DNA of 64,000 nt. Origin: Hypanus sabinus. Lineage: Eukaryota. The notes under the pieces are model-generated. The model searched no databases and was not told where the DNA came from. It saw only the letters and a list, made by a program, of their open reading frames with translations. The position numbers were made by a program, and so were the translations under genes. The stretch lies in contig NC_082731.1 of assembly GCF_030144855.1 (NCBI RefSeq), forward strand, positions 22,940,001 through 23,004,000, written 5' to 3'. Position 1 is the stretch's first letter. Every line of letters starts with the position of its first letter. This document shows positions 1 through 12,940 of this stretch, in pieces.

Positions 1-235
1 TTTCCTTTACAGGAAAACATATTTCATGTAACCGTTGACAAAATTTCCAGGAGAACAGCTTCACCACATAATGTTTTTGAACTGAAATGACTTTACTTTT
101 ACCTCCTTCACATGCATGAGGAGTAAACCTCTTTACATAATGTCTTTGTTTCAATGTGCAATGTGCAATTATAGCAATTTATAATACTTTGTGATCAATT
201 GGACAGTGAAAGTGGGATGTAACTACGCTCGTCAT

Positions 236-835
236 CATGAGTTAATCAGTTTGATGGGCTGGTGGAAGAAGCTGTCCCTGAGCCTGTTGGTTTTGAATTT
301 TATGCCGAATTGTATCAGCTGTAATAGATTGTTTTTGGCGTGACGCAGGGCCCGAAGATCTTTCGGGCCCTTTATCACATCTGTCTTTGCAAATGTCCCG
401 AATCATGGGAAGTTCACAGCTACTGATGCTTTAGTTTTCAGCTGTAACTCTGCAGAATCATGCGATGAAGGGAAGGAATTCCCCTGTTATGCAGTAATGC
501 AGGCAAGCAGGATACTCTCAGATGTGTCCCTGTAGAAATTTTTAGTAATTGGGTCCAATAAAAAACAACTTCCACCGTCTAAAGGGACGGTGACTTCTTC
601 CCTCTAGGTTGCCATATTATTTATTGAGATTGGGACAGTCAGTGTAGTATCGTCCGCAAATTTAATTAGCGGATTTGAGCACTGCGTTGCGACAAATTGA
701 TGGGTACACAAGGAGTAAAGGAGGACACTTACTGCACAGCCCTGAAGGGCTCCTGTCTGGAGAGCCAGAGAGGTGCAGGTGAGAGACCACACTCTTCTCA
801 TCTGCTGGCGAACTGACTGGAACAGACAGACAGAC
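236..835 (-). mobile_element. Rex1/Babar-type LINE RT 3' fragment, copy 1
   Basis: TGALQGCAVSVLLYSL...LIKFADDTT and C-terminal NRLRDSFFHQ. Confidence 0.8.
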
Positions 836-1076
836 AGATAGACATGCTTTATTGATTCCGAGGGATATCTGGTTTCGCTACAGCTGCACCAACCAAGAAT
901 AGTGAAGAAATATAGCAAAAATCCCAGACATAGTTAAATAAAATCATTTGATCATCCCAAGTGGAATTAATTCCACGACCAGCTATTGCCACTGGTTTTC
1001 TGACACTCAGAGAGGAGTTGTAGTGTTTGATGGCCACAGAGAGGAATGACTTCCTAGGACGCTCAGTGTTACATTT

Positions 1077-2890
1077 CTGTGGAATGCGTCTCAGTCTGAA
1101 TGTACTCCTATGCCTAACCAGTACCGCTCCTCCAGCCAACCCCTCACCAGAAGTTTTCCAGCATCGCCCCGCAAGGTGCGAACCCGGGCTTGTGTTACCG
1201 AGGTGGAGGTAGAAACTGACGAAGAGCAGCCCGCAATGCAGTTGCAACCAGCGCCGCGCCGACCCCGTCTTTGTACACGAAAGGATGTTTGTTACTGTGC
1301 GGTTAGGCAGGTCATTTCGCCTGTGAATGTCCCGCACCGGCACAATGTCACAGTTCAGAGCAGCCATTGGGAAATTTCGAGCGGGAAGCGCCGCCCGAGT
1401 CCTCCAGCAGATCCACACCGTGTTGTTCAACTGTGTGCGGAGCAGGGATTTTACGTCGACAGCATGGTATAGGGCATCAAATGGTGTGCACTGGTGCACA
1501 CCGGCTCAACCATCAGCATCATCCGTTCAAGAACAAGCCATCCCCGCCTGTGTGGACAATGACGACAGTCCAGCTGGTGCGGCCATCGCTAACAGTGCGC
1601 CAATGCGAAAGAAGAGCGGGTTTCGCATCGCAGTGGAGAAAAACGCAATGGTGAAGGAGCTGTGGTTCGCCTACTTTCAAGAGTCCTGAAACCATGGCCT
1701 GGACTTGCTATTCTGCTGGGCGACCCATGTGGATGCCACACTCTCCCTGGTACTAAAACCAAGGCACTCCGGCAGGGCAGCTCCAGGAATCCGTCCCACC
1801 GGGTGCAGCAACCTCCACCAGTTTCATAGCAGCCTGTAGTAGTGCAGCACACCCGGCCGCTGCACAACGCAACAAAGCTGAAACACGGGAAGAAGCGTTT
1901 ATAGCGTTTCAGGAGACAACCCGCGACAACTTCGACATCATGTTGTGCAGCGGACATGTGCGCAATCCACTGTTGGCCCACGTGTGGGAATGGCTGAGTG
2001 TAGGACGCCCTGTAAACAAAAACCAAAGCCCTATACTGTACTCGCAGTAGGGAACGCTGGAGGTCCACGGCGAGCATCTCTTCAGGCGGTAGCATTTGCC
2101 CGATGGCGAAAGACCCTTACAGTTGATGATCCCCGGGGTCTCCGTGCCACAGATCTGCGGTCGTTCAATGGGTTGGTGGCAGTTGACCATATAGAGGTTG
2201 TAAAGTTGCTGGGCAGTCTGGCTGAACGTTTTTACTGGCTTGGGTAATGCTTGTGCACTGCCGCGGCTCTTGCAAGTCCCAGAAAGGGCTGGGCCGCCAG
2301 TGTAGGTTATCAATATAACAATAAATTTTCGAGGCCCCAGTATGTGTGTACAGACCCTCCCGGAAGAAGTGACTATCTGCGAGGCTTGGAAGCCACTGGA
2401 CGCGACCGGGTGAGCTGATCGACCGCATCTACAAGGAGTTATATAGGGTGCATTTTTCTGAGTGGCGGAAGGCTGTCTTCTTGCACAGGGACTGTCCGGC
2501 ATCGTGTCAGACTTTGGTTACCACTAAACCCGCGACGCGTTAGGAAGGAAGTGACACTCGGAATGTCCTGCCTCTTTCTTTTCACAAACATGCAGCAGTG
2601 TCAACGCCCTTCGGAACCTTTACTCATTGCTTTTGACTAGGCGCTTGCCGTGAATATTTGACCGTTTAGGTGGGAGCAGTGTGACTTTCCGGATGGAAGC
2701 TCGGTGGACAGCCTGCCTCTGCATTTCTAATGACCAGAGCTTTTTTTTCTTCTTCTGTTATTTTGTTTTTATTTTTTTTCCAGGATTATGGTGGGAACAG
2801 TTCCTTTATTAAATTTTAGCTGGGGTTATATTGTTATTTGCTTGTGTATTCGTTTGTCACCCTAACTTCAAACGGATTAATGATGGTCAC
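1077..2890 (+). mobile_element. Gypsy LTR retrotransposon remnant (protease, integrase, probable 3' LTR; no RT seen), copy 1
   Basis: Integrase zinc-finger-region remnant LGSLAERFYWLG; purine-rich GGTGGGAGCAG followed by TGTGAC at 2680 (PPT/LTR start). Right boundary approximate. Confidence 0.65.
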
Positions 2891-5759
2891 CTCCCCCGTC
2901 TGTGTGAGACGGTGACTACTCTGTTTGTGTCTATCGCAATAATATTGTTGCTGTATTTTAGAACTTCCTTGTCTGTCATCATGGGCCAAATGCTGGCCAC
3001 AATATTATAATTTGATTATGGAAACCAGTTTGCAGTTTGGTTGGTTAAGTATATGACCTCGGCTTTAAGAAGAATCGATTCTTCGAATGAATACTTGTAA
3101 TTGCTTATCTTGTAAGAATTAGATCCAAGGACACGAGACAAGTTGTTTCATAATACAATGTTGTGCAGAAACAGAATTTTCACTATTGGGCTATTGTCCT
3201 GCGTATATTTTATCACAAAGGAACTGGATGTGCATGTAGTCTGTCTACTTTTTTTTCTCAATACATAAGGGTACCCTAATAGTCTTTGCTGCTGAAATCG
3301 ACTTGTACAGCCATAATATTAAACGTGCTCACTGTATTTCTGGAGTTCGAAAACAATTGAGGCTCAATTGAAAACAGTGGAGCCTCCAGTGAATAAAGCG
3401 CCCTACACCTCAATAATCCTGTCTATTTTAATTGCGTTCAAATAGCATCAAATTTCCTCAGCAGTTTAATGTACCAAACAATCGGATAACGAGGTCAGAT
3501 CCCTTTAGATGCGGGACCATAACGAACTTCGGAGAAAATGACTTTCTTTGACAATATGAGTTTTGACATGGATTTTGAAATACAGTATTATTTTTTTTTC
3601 ATAAAATTGGAAAAGTGGTAAAAATACAAAGCCACCCAATCCTAAACCTGAAATGGAAAAGTAAAACCACAAAAATCGTTGTCGATCCTTCTCACCCCCT
3701 CATTCTATTTCCCCTTCAGTGATTCCATCCCAAAATTCAACTTGCCGGTGTTTTAGAATTTCCTGTTATGCAATTAGCATTGTTTGGCACGGCCAATGAG
3801 AGACATAGAGTGCGGCAGCTGCGACGCCAAATGCCATTGACTCAGCTGTATTTCGTGAACTAGCAACTCTCATATGAACATGTTCCTTCATTTGGTGCCT
3901 CGAGTACAAGGAAGACTTCAGCTCCCGTGGAAGAAGTGCATTCACATCCTATGGACATTAAACCGGTATTGTGGTGCAAACCTGGTCGCTGATCAAGGCA
4001 GTACAGTCTTTTGAGCAGTAGCAGGGCATTGCGATTTCCGTATGAAATATGAGGTACATGATGATGGTACGACGACTCACAGTAACCATAGAGTGAATGG
4101 TACGGAATGCAGATGGAGGCGAACAGAACGTTAGTTTGCAGACACAAATGATTATAACCGACCAATGAAACCAACATAGTTGGCCCAAACAGCAAACTCA
4201 TTTTGTGGAGGTCACGAGATGAAAACGAAATCGAGTGAGAGCGTAATAGATGAGATATGCCGTTCTAAGCAAGCGTGTGAAATAGTGCAGGAATGCAACT
4301 GGAACAGATTGGACCTTTCGTGATCCAAAACATTTATTTTATTTATCAATGACCCGAAGTAGCACACTGATTTATATTACTGTTGAAAACAAGGAACAGC
4401 CAAACAACATGCCGGTCGGCATTTTAATCTTTGTTTTCAGTGATTTTTGTTTTTTTTTTAGATCTTTACGGATCGCCGCTGATATACAGCTTTTCCTTTC
4501 TCGATTACTTCCTGGAAGTGCACCACACCGTAACTCATGTATCCCTGGGAATAAAGAGCACACTGACCTTAAGTATTTGAGTCAGGTAGTGAGACAGTTG
4601 AAATAGCAAATGCCAGGCACCGTTGTGATTGCCGATCTAGGTCCCTTCGCAGGAGTACAGTCAACAGCTGTGCGCCTTTACGTATAATTAACAATAATAC
4701 TCCAGGAAGTGAGTGCCTAAGGGCTATATTGACCGTCTAGCGAAATATGTAGCTACCGTATAGTTCACTGCTGACAGCCACACGTTTCATTTTATAATAT
4801 GTTTCTACGTATTTGACGCAACCAGTCCACTACTCATACATCCATAAGCGAAAACTCGAGTACGAATGATAAATCGTCTGAAGAATCTCTATATTAGACA
4901 CAATATTTCTCATTCCAAATGCTGGCATTCCGGATGGCTGGTGGTCTGTGCAAGATGGGCGAGATTTCAGCTAGATAGCACAGCGTATTTTTCCGGTTAA
5001 GGCGAATATAAATGCCATTTTGGCCGTTCTGCTCTCTGAATCGCGATGATACAAGGTCAATTATCTCAACTCCAACCTGTTCAAAGACCTTTCGCACAAG
5101 AATAGTCAATACCAGTGCGCTTTTACGTATTATGAACAATAATATATCTGGCCGAAATTGTCTCAGGGCAACACTCACCAGCCAGCGATGTGTGCAGCTG
5201 CCTTACTCTTCACTGCTGCCAGTCACACGTATCATTTTATACTACTCTTGTACGTAAATGACGGTCCCAGTCTTTTTCTCATCCACCCGTACAAATGAGG
5301 ATCAAACTACTGCTTTTTTTACACCAGGTACTCTCCTCAGTTAACTGATGATGTAACTGTAGCCATTGATCAGAAGAAGATGTCGTCAGGTGGAGCTCAG
5401 CTTTCATGGAGAGCTTCAGCGCTAACTACGCCACTCTCTAATTGGCCGGTCACCAAGACACTGCCCAGGAAATCTTGACTTCCAGATTCACAACTTTCGC
5501 CTGCACTATTTCAGGAAGGCGGCTCTATCTTTTTCCTTGCCCAGTAACGTGAGCTACTGGTTCTTGGTCTTTTTGTTCAAGCCCAGCGCAGACAGAAGCT
5601 TCCGAATTGATTTGTCGTGGAAACTCTACAGCTAATACCCACGGGGAATAACCATCTCTGACATCCTTTGTCTGTACGCTCACTCATTGGAAATTCATGG
5701 CCATCCTCTTGTGATCCTCCACGCATCATACGACCCGTTGTACTGTGATCTCCACCAGT

Positions 5760-6330
5760 ATGTTTCTCGTTTGCCTTTGTTTTTGCTGTATTTTTATAGT
5801 CGAACGTAAGATTTATGCTTTGTAATAAATCAGTAAAATGCAGCTTCTTCGTCAACTCAAACTTCATTTACTGTCATTTGGCAGTTTGCAACAGATTGGA
5901 TTTAGGCATTTTTGATGTCAATGGCGTTGACTTTCATTTAAGAAAATGAGTGCGTTGTTTTCCCTTTACGGCATCTGGTCTCTATTTACACCTCAGTCTT
6001 TCCAGTGTGTCAGGATGGGACAGCGGGACTTTATCCTGGTGCTACCGATACTGTGTTGTATTAAAGCTGTTTTGCATCTTCAGATGCCCTGCGTCCGTGT
6101 ATCGTGCAGACTACAAATATGGTAGTTATGGTTCTGTCTCATAACCTTGCGGTCAACTGAACAGTGTAGGGATACTGTTAGAAACTGAGAACATGCCTGA
6201 AAATACAGGCGATGGTTCCGGTTTGCAAACTCAGTCCAAGTAATCAGGTTTCTCGTTCTCGCAGTTTCCTACCTCTGCCTGAGCAATGCCACACGTATCC
6301 CATGCATATGCAGTCGTCTATACAGGAATT
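5760..6330 (+). pseudogene. Probable decayed V pseudogene with leader and RSS relic, copy 1
   Basis: 46-nt leader-like exon MFLVCLCFCCIFIVE followed by GTAAG; VYR (WYR site) at 6097 is 177 nt before a GCAGTTT..TAC.T.TGCC (AVYYCA) relic; CACGTAT-23-ACAGGAATT at 6292-6330. Confidence 0.45.
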
Positions 6331-6974
6331 TATGGGTAGTCGTCGGTCCTGCCTTCTCCGGAATGTTTGCTAATGTTGCATCCCATTTACTGAACTCTCA
6401 CTGCCTTTCCTATAGTCGAGTTGACGGGCCACTTTCGGCCCAATCTTTTTCTAACTCTCGATTGGTTTATTTGCTTGTCGTTGGAGTTCCCTACTGCTAA
6501 CACAGCTCTACACATTGTTACCTTGAACTCCTGCTCTGCTGATGACAACGGGAGCTGTAGGTGGCCTGTTAATATGTGGGAGCCACAGAAGAACAATGTT
6601 CGGACAATCTCCAGCCTCCTCCTCAAGTGCTTGCTGACTATCCCCTTGGTGCATTCTACAGGTTCTCCGGGGTTCTCGTACAACTTTAAAAGCCAGATCA
6701 GACATGGAGTAGATCATGTAGTTACGGCATGTTTAAAGTTTACCTGTCAGACCAGTTTTGTCGAACTTCTGCAGCAACTCTTCTCTCCGCATTAGTGTGT
6801 CAGTGATGGTGACACTGGCTCGGAGTGCTGTATTAAAACGCTATACTAGAAATTTCGGGATGTCCTTTCTAAGTGGAGGTGCTGAAGTTGTGCGTCTCCA
6901 GTGAGGGAATTTTGTTACAGGAAAAATGAGACCAAAAGTAATTGTAGGGTCGTGAATTTACTTTTGGAATGCAG

Positions 6975-7300
6975 CATGTAGTGTTTGAATAAATGAAAAC
7001 AAGTGGACAAAATGCTCTAGCCAGCAAATGCTAAGCCTGAGTTGGAGAAGTCAAAGTACCGAAATAGAAGTAAGATGCCAAACTTCTCTCAGAAATCGAG
7101 AAGAATATCCTGAGGAGGAGGATTGCTATAAACGTGATAATGGCAGAAGAATAATTTTCTGCGGGGACAAGGCATCCTTTAGCGATTTTCCAGCTTAGTG
7201 CGATAGGGCATTTTGCTCACACTTTCTCCATTATCTTCAACAAACTCCGGATGCGATTTAAAATATTCTTATATAACGTAGCATCTACCGCTTGGTCGAC
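6975..7300 (+). pseudogene. Decayed V pseudogene related to V1-V3, copy 1
   Basis: In order: NREEYPE...YKRDNG, RFSSLVR*G, FSIIFNKLRMR (7224-7256; V1 has RFKSSVNEG...FSVTISKLQMR). Acceptor to second-Cys site about 303 nt (293 in V2). Confidence 0.6.
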
Positions 7301-7659
7301 AGGCGGCTGATGGGTTCGCTGTCTTGCTGATATTCTGGACAACCTTCTCGTTGGCTCAGCCCTACTCAGCACTGTTGCGGGCATTTTTTTTGCGGGATTT
7401 ATATATTGAATAATCATCCCTGATTTCTACGGCGATCGTTGCTTGATATCCGCTTTAAACTTTTAAAGTGATGGAATCTCTTTGCTTTCATAGCAATTTA
7501 TTCTTACCAGTCTGTCTATAAGCACAGTCCTGCATAATGCAGATCGACAGCGAAGGAATATAACAAAAATATCAGGAACCGAGTTTCTCCAGTTGACAGG
7601 AAATCATTCTGGATAAGACACACTAAAGATCAATTCACAAAACTGAATAGAAGTAGAGA

Positions 7660-10600
7660 TCTGAAGGGGACGTGGCAGGAAAACGAACCTAGTGCAGGAC
7701 TCCGACGGGGAAGCAGAATCTCCGCAGCTGGTGTTCAATCGGAACTAGGTTGGGTCAGGAACTGGAAGATTTGGTTTCCGAAGAGATAACGGGGTCAAAG
7801 ACTTCGACGAAAAATCTAGCAAGGGCTGACCGAAGTCAGAGGAGCCTTACCCTCTGGTGGCTAATGGAAACCAGCTGCTGGTGATTGAGATGATTTGGGA
7901 AATATCTGAAATCAAGTGTGTGGATTATGGAGCAATTAGGGAGTAAAAGGAAATGGTGGGTAATGCCAGCCAGGACCATGACACCACCCGCTCGTCAAGA
8001 GGAGCCTCCTTGCGCCATTCCCGGCTTGCTCGGGTAGTCTCGATAAAAGTCCTGAATGAGGAAAGGGCCCAAGGTAAAGGAGCAGGGATCCCTGGAAAGC
8101 TCCTCTGTACCATACCCTTCCCAATCCAGCAAGATCTAGAACCCTCTGCCCATTCGGGGCACTTCCAATAGACCTCGGACGGTGTACGCTAGATGGCTGT
8201 CAATGATTCGGGCTGGTGGGAGAGTATCGAGCGGTGGATTCAAGGGGGATGACAGTGACTGGTTTAACTTGGTAAACATGGAACATAGGGTGGATGCGCA
8301 GTGAACTTTGCATCTTCTGTCGGACCGACGTAGGATTGAGAAACCCTTTCGACCCTGAACGGTCCTGGGAAGCTAGGAGCGAGTTCTCTAAGCTCACTTT
8401 GAGCAGAATGTCTTTGCAGGATCGCCATACCAATAGCCCAGATTGGTATTCCGGTGCCGGGGTCAAGTGTCGTTCGGCTGTCTCCTTGCCGCGATCTGCT
8501 GAGTGGTATAGGGCCGCGCGTGTCTCCTCCTAAATCCTGCTGCACCGGTCGATATGTTCGCGGACGGATGGCAATGCAATCTCTGCTTGCTGTACGGGAA
8601 ACAACAGGGCTGGTACGCCAGCGAACACGCGAACGGGGACTTTCCTACGGCTGAACTCACAAGAGAATTATGGGCGTACTCGACCCACGGGAGTTGATCT
8701 CTCCAGGTGTCCGGCTTGTTTTCTGTCACGCAACGCAACGTTGCTTCCATGTCCTGGTTAATCCCCTACGTCTGTCCATTTGTCTGGGGGTGGAAGCCGG
8801 ATGATAGGCTGACTAATGCACCCAAAGCTCAGCAGAATACTCTCCACACCTTGGAGACGAACTGGGGACATCGGTCCGAGACGATGTCGGCGGGGATTCC
8901 TTGTAGGCGGAAAATGTGGCGGACAATGAGGTCAGCGGTCTCCTGGGCAAGGGGAGCTTCGGTAGTCCTAGAAAATTCAAAGCCTTGGACAATCTGTCTG
9001 CCACTGTGAGAATGGTCGTATTTCCGCGGGATTTGGGCAGACCTGTGACGAAGTCCAGGGAGATTTGCGACGATGGGTGGTCATGAACAGGCAGGTGGTG
9101 AAGCAATTTCTCTGGCGACCAATGAGATGCCTTTCCCCGGGCAAAAGTGGGACATGCCGCGAACTATGAGCCGGCGTCTGTCTCCATGTAGGACTACCAA
9201 AAATATCTTCTCACGAGCGCCAGTGTTCGTTTATTTCCAGGGTGGCAGGCAAATCGAAATACATGTCCCGCTGGAGAATCTGAGATCGGAGGCTTTCGTT
9301 CACATAGAGGAGAACGCTGGGTTTCTTACCTGGGACGGGTCATCCCGTTGGCTTCAATTGCCACGGACTCGATCTCCCAGGTGAGGGCGGCCACCACGCA
9401 GAACGGGGGGGATGATCGTTTCTGGACTGCCGGTGTCCTGCCTGGAGTCATATTGGCGTGAGAGCTCTTCCGGTTTTTGTGATCTGTCCAGACGACGAAT
9501 GGATGCTCTGCCTCCTGCAGCCAGTGCATCCACTCTTCCAAGGCCAGTTTGACTGCCAATAGCTGTCGATTTCCCACGTCATAATTCCGTTTCAAGTGGG
9601 ATAATCGGCGGGAAAAGAAGGCACAGGGCTGAACCGTACCCGACCGTTGGGACCGGACTGATCTTACACCGAAATCCGAAGCGTCCAAAGGTTCTGGATG
9701 TATTCAGGATGGGGGCGTTTGTAAAGCGTCTCTTTAAGTTAGTGAATGCTACCTCCGACTTCGATGCCCCAAGAAAAGAATGTGCAGGGTAAAATAAGCC
9801 TGGTGGGAGAGACTGCCACCCGACTGTAGTCCGTGATCAAAGGGCGGTAGACGTTCGCGAATCGCAGGAAACACTGGAGTTGCTTGGCGGTCGTGGGGTT
9901 AGGCCATTCCTGCAACGCACGGTTCTTCTCGGGGTCGGCGCTCACTTGCCCGCCTTCGATGATGTATCTTAGGAACCTGACCGAAGAGACATGAAGCTCA
10001 CATTACTCCGACGTCACAAAAAGTTTGTTTACCCACAGCCTGTGTAGCACTCTACAGACATGGCGAACATGATTTTGCAGGCAGCTGGAAAAGATCAGTA
10101 TTTATTTTCGATAGACGGATACGAAACGTTAAAGAAGTCCCTGAACACATCGTTCATGAAGGCCTGGAAAACGGTGGGAGCATTAGTAAGGTCAAATGGC
10201 ATTACAAGTTATTCAAAATGGCCCAGGGTGGTGTTAAATACTGTCTTACACTCATCCGCTTCCCTTACCCTAACGAGCTGCTAGGCATTCCGTAGGTCCA
10301 GCTTGGGAAAGGTGGTCATTCCGTGTAGCTGGTCGAAGGCTGAACAAATGAGAGATAGTGAGTACTTATTCTTAATGGTTATATTGTTAAAATCTCGATA
10401 ATCAATGCAGGGGCGTAGCGATCCATCTTTCTTTTCCACACAAAATATCCCGGCAGCCACAGGGGAGGAAGAGGGCCTGAAGAGGTCAGCTGCGAGTGCC
10501 TCGCCCAGGTAGTTCTCCATGGCCTCCCTGGCTGGTCGCGCTAAATTATAGAGGCGACTGATGGGTGGCTGCCCCAGGTCGTCGTATTCAGCAGGTACCC

Positions 10601-12485
10601 TGGATAGCTCAAGGCGTTCAGAGAACGGCTACCTCGCCGGAGCCTCACTGGGAGGTGGGGCCGAAAGTAGACAGTGGGCGTTTCATGCCGGACTCCATCT
10701 GGATATACTCCAGGCGGTCCAGTCGATCTGGGGATTATTATGAGTCACCCGTGGGGACACGAGAACTACCGGGACTTGGGCTGACTGAATGAGGCGGAAA
10801 CGTACTTCCTCCCGATGTTTGCCGGAAAGAATCAAGGTGAAGGGCAGCGTACAGTGGGTCACCCGAACACGCAGTCTCCCGTCTATGGCCCTGGCATCCA
10901 GAGGACAAACTTTCCCGCGGTATCCCGGCCTGGATGGGTGTCCCCTCTTCCAGCAGGTAGCCCTCCGCTCCAGAATCCACCAGAGCGGATAGGGACAGAG
11001 ACGGCTGCTGGTATTTCACGGTTGCCGGGATCTGCATCGGTGTCTGATGTGCAGAAGGGAGCCTCATTCGGCTCACCAGGGCTCCATCTCTCACTGGCGA
11101 GCCCTCTCCTTTTGGCCACAGAGGGCAGATATACCTGAAGTGACCTGGTTGTCCGCAATTGTCACAAACACTAGCTCTCCACCTCCGCGTCCTTTCGGCC
11201 GGGCACAGCGGGATCCGTCCAGGCTGCATCGGTTCTTCTTCCATGACGGTGTGGATAAATGAAGCAGGAACGAAACTGGGGGGGAGCCGAGGAAGGCTAA
11301 TTGGTGGAAGATAGGGAAACGGGGCGTGGATTTACCCGAGCAGCTGGGTAACTCACACTTTCCAACCGACGCTCCTGCAACTGGTCGTCCAGCCTGGTCG
11401 CTAAAGAGATTAGCGTGTCTAGGCTGTCCGTGTCATCTTTCGCTGCCAGTTCGTCCTCAATCTTTTCTGCGAGACCATGCCGGAACACCTCCTGCAGGGC
11501 CTGGTCGTTCCATCCTGAGTCGGCTGCGAGGGTGCGGAATTCGATGGCTTATTTAGACACACTCCGTGGACCCTGAGCCAGGGTCAGCAAGCATCTGGTG
11601 GCGTCCTTTCCGCAAAGGGGCTGTTCGAAAACCTTCGGCATCTCTGAGACGAAGGTTGGGAAGGAGGCGCAAACCTCAGGTTGGGTGTCCCAATTAGCCG
11701 TAGCCCATGCCAGGATATCTCCTTGCCGCAGCTCCATGACGTACGCGATCTTCGAATTATCTAATGCCTATGTTCATTGCTGTTACTAGAAAACCAGGGA
11801 GCATTGTAGTAGGAATGGCTTCCACCTCCCTAGGTTCCCCACGTAGGGTTCTTGTTCCGGAGCGTACGGCTCGCGAGGGGACAGACGATCCAGGTTGCCT
11901 GGATGGGTCGGCCGGAGTTCTCAGGGGGTGCGAAGGACTATGGAAGAAAGTCGTCGGGTCCACCTGCTCACTGACATTGGCCAAACTTGTTGTCAGCCAA
12001 TAGAGGTGTTCCGTAACTTTCTGGAGCAATTGTTTGTGGGCTCCCATTAACTGGCCTTGCCAGGCGAGGGACTGTTGCACGAGATCCGAGTCCGCTGGGT
12101 TCATGACTGGCCAGATTGCTCTGTGACGGGGACATGGCAGTAAAACGAACCCAAGTGCAACACTATGACGCAGAGGAAGCGTCAGGAGGCAGAATCTCCT
12201 TTGCGGGAGTAGAATCGGGACCAGGCCGGGTCAGGACCTTGGAGATTTGATTTACGAAGTGATACGGTATCGAAGACTTGTAGCAAGGGTCCGCTCTCTC
12301 TGAGATTCGACCAACAATCTGGCAAGTGTTGACCGGAGCTGTTGGAGTCTTGTCCTGCGGGGACGAATGGAAACCAGCAGCTGCTGATTGAGAGGAATTG
12401 GGAAAGATTGGGAATCATGTGTGGGGATTAAGGACCAATTAGGGAGGAAAGTGAAAGTTGGGAAATGCTAGACAGGACCAGTGCA
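7660..12485 (-). mobile_element. Ty3/Gypsy chromovirus (sushi-like) LTR retrotransposon, decayed, copy 1
   Basis: LTRs at 7660-7983 and 12122-12485; 5-bp TSD AGAGA (7655-7659, 12486-12490). Minus-strand remnants: gag start MNPADS, CCHC knuckle CDNCGQPGHFRYIC, protease ALVDSG, RT ([20 protein letters not shown]), RNase H (DASD), integrase, chromodomain. Many stops and frameshifts. Confidence 0.92.
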
Positions 12486-12569
12486 AGAGAAACAGAGAGA
12501 ATGCGTCTGTGCATTATGGCGGTGAATACCATGAAGGTTCAAATTCCTCAGAGATTTCACCTATCAACC

Positions 12570-12940
12570 ATCCCGGTCTCCTGTTTTATAAAGCCCGTCC
12601 TCCGCTGTTTGCAGGGTGGTAGCACGTGTATGGGCCATTTCTGTTCCAGAAGACAGAAGACAGAAGTCTCCTAATCTCTCCATTCCAGCGAAAATGAGAG
12701 TTCCTCAGCAGTTTGCAAACGTTAACAATTGCTTAGAACGGACTTTCCCTTCAATGTATCGTGATAATGCTGAAGTGAGAGGGAAAATGGGCTCGTGAGA
12801 TAAGTCCAGGTAGATTCTTGAAATGATGAGCGAGAAAATTGATCATCGTATTCACGGTCAAAACAGCACTCCTGTCCCCGATATATCTGCCAAAGCATTT
12901 TCTATGCAAGCAATTATATTTAGTGTGCCATCTTATCGAA
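12570..12940 (+). pseudogene. Possible decayed V pseudogene (paralogue 59488-59870)
   Basis: 46-nt leader-like segment + GT in both copies; (M/L)YR at the W site; GCAATTATATTTAGTGTGCC resembles AIYYCA. Intron only 34-35 nt; no RSS. Confidence 0.3.

Noticed and set aside
4460-4650. LFLSRLLPGSAP and STLTLSI...DS....C remnants (also DSAV at about 3840)
   Set aside because: FR1 missing, spacing far from V geometry, and the FR2-like part is absent from the second copy.
7660-12485. Domesticated sushi-derived gene (PEG10/RTL-like)
   Set aside because: gag and pol are broken by many stops and frameshifts in both copies, and LTRs and TSD remain: a dead transposon.
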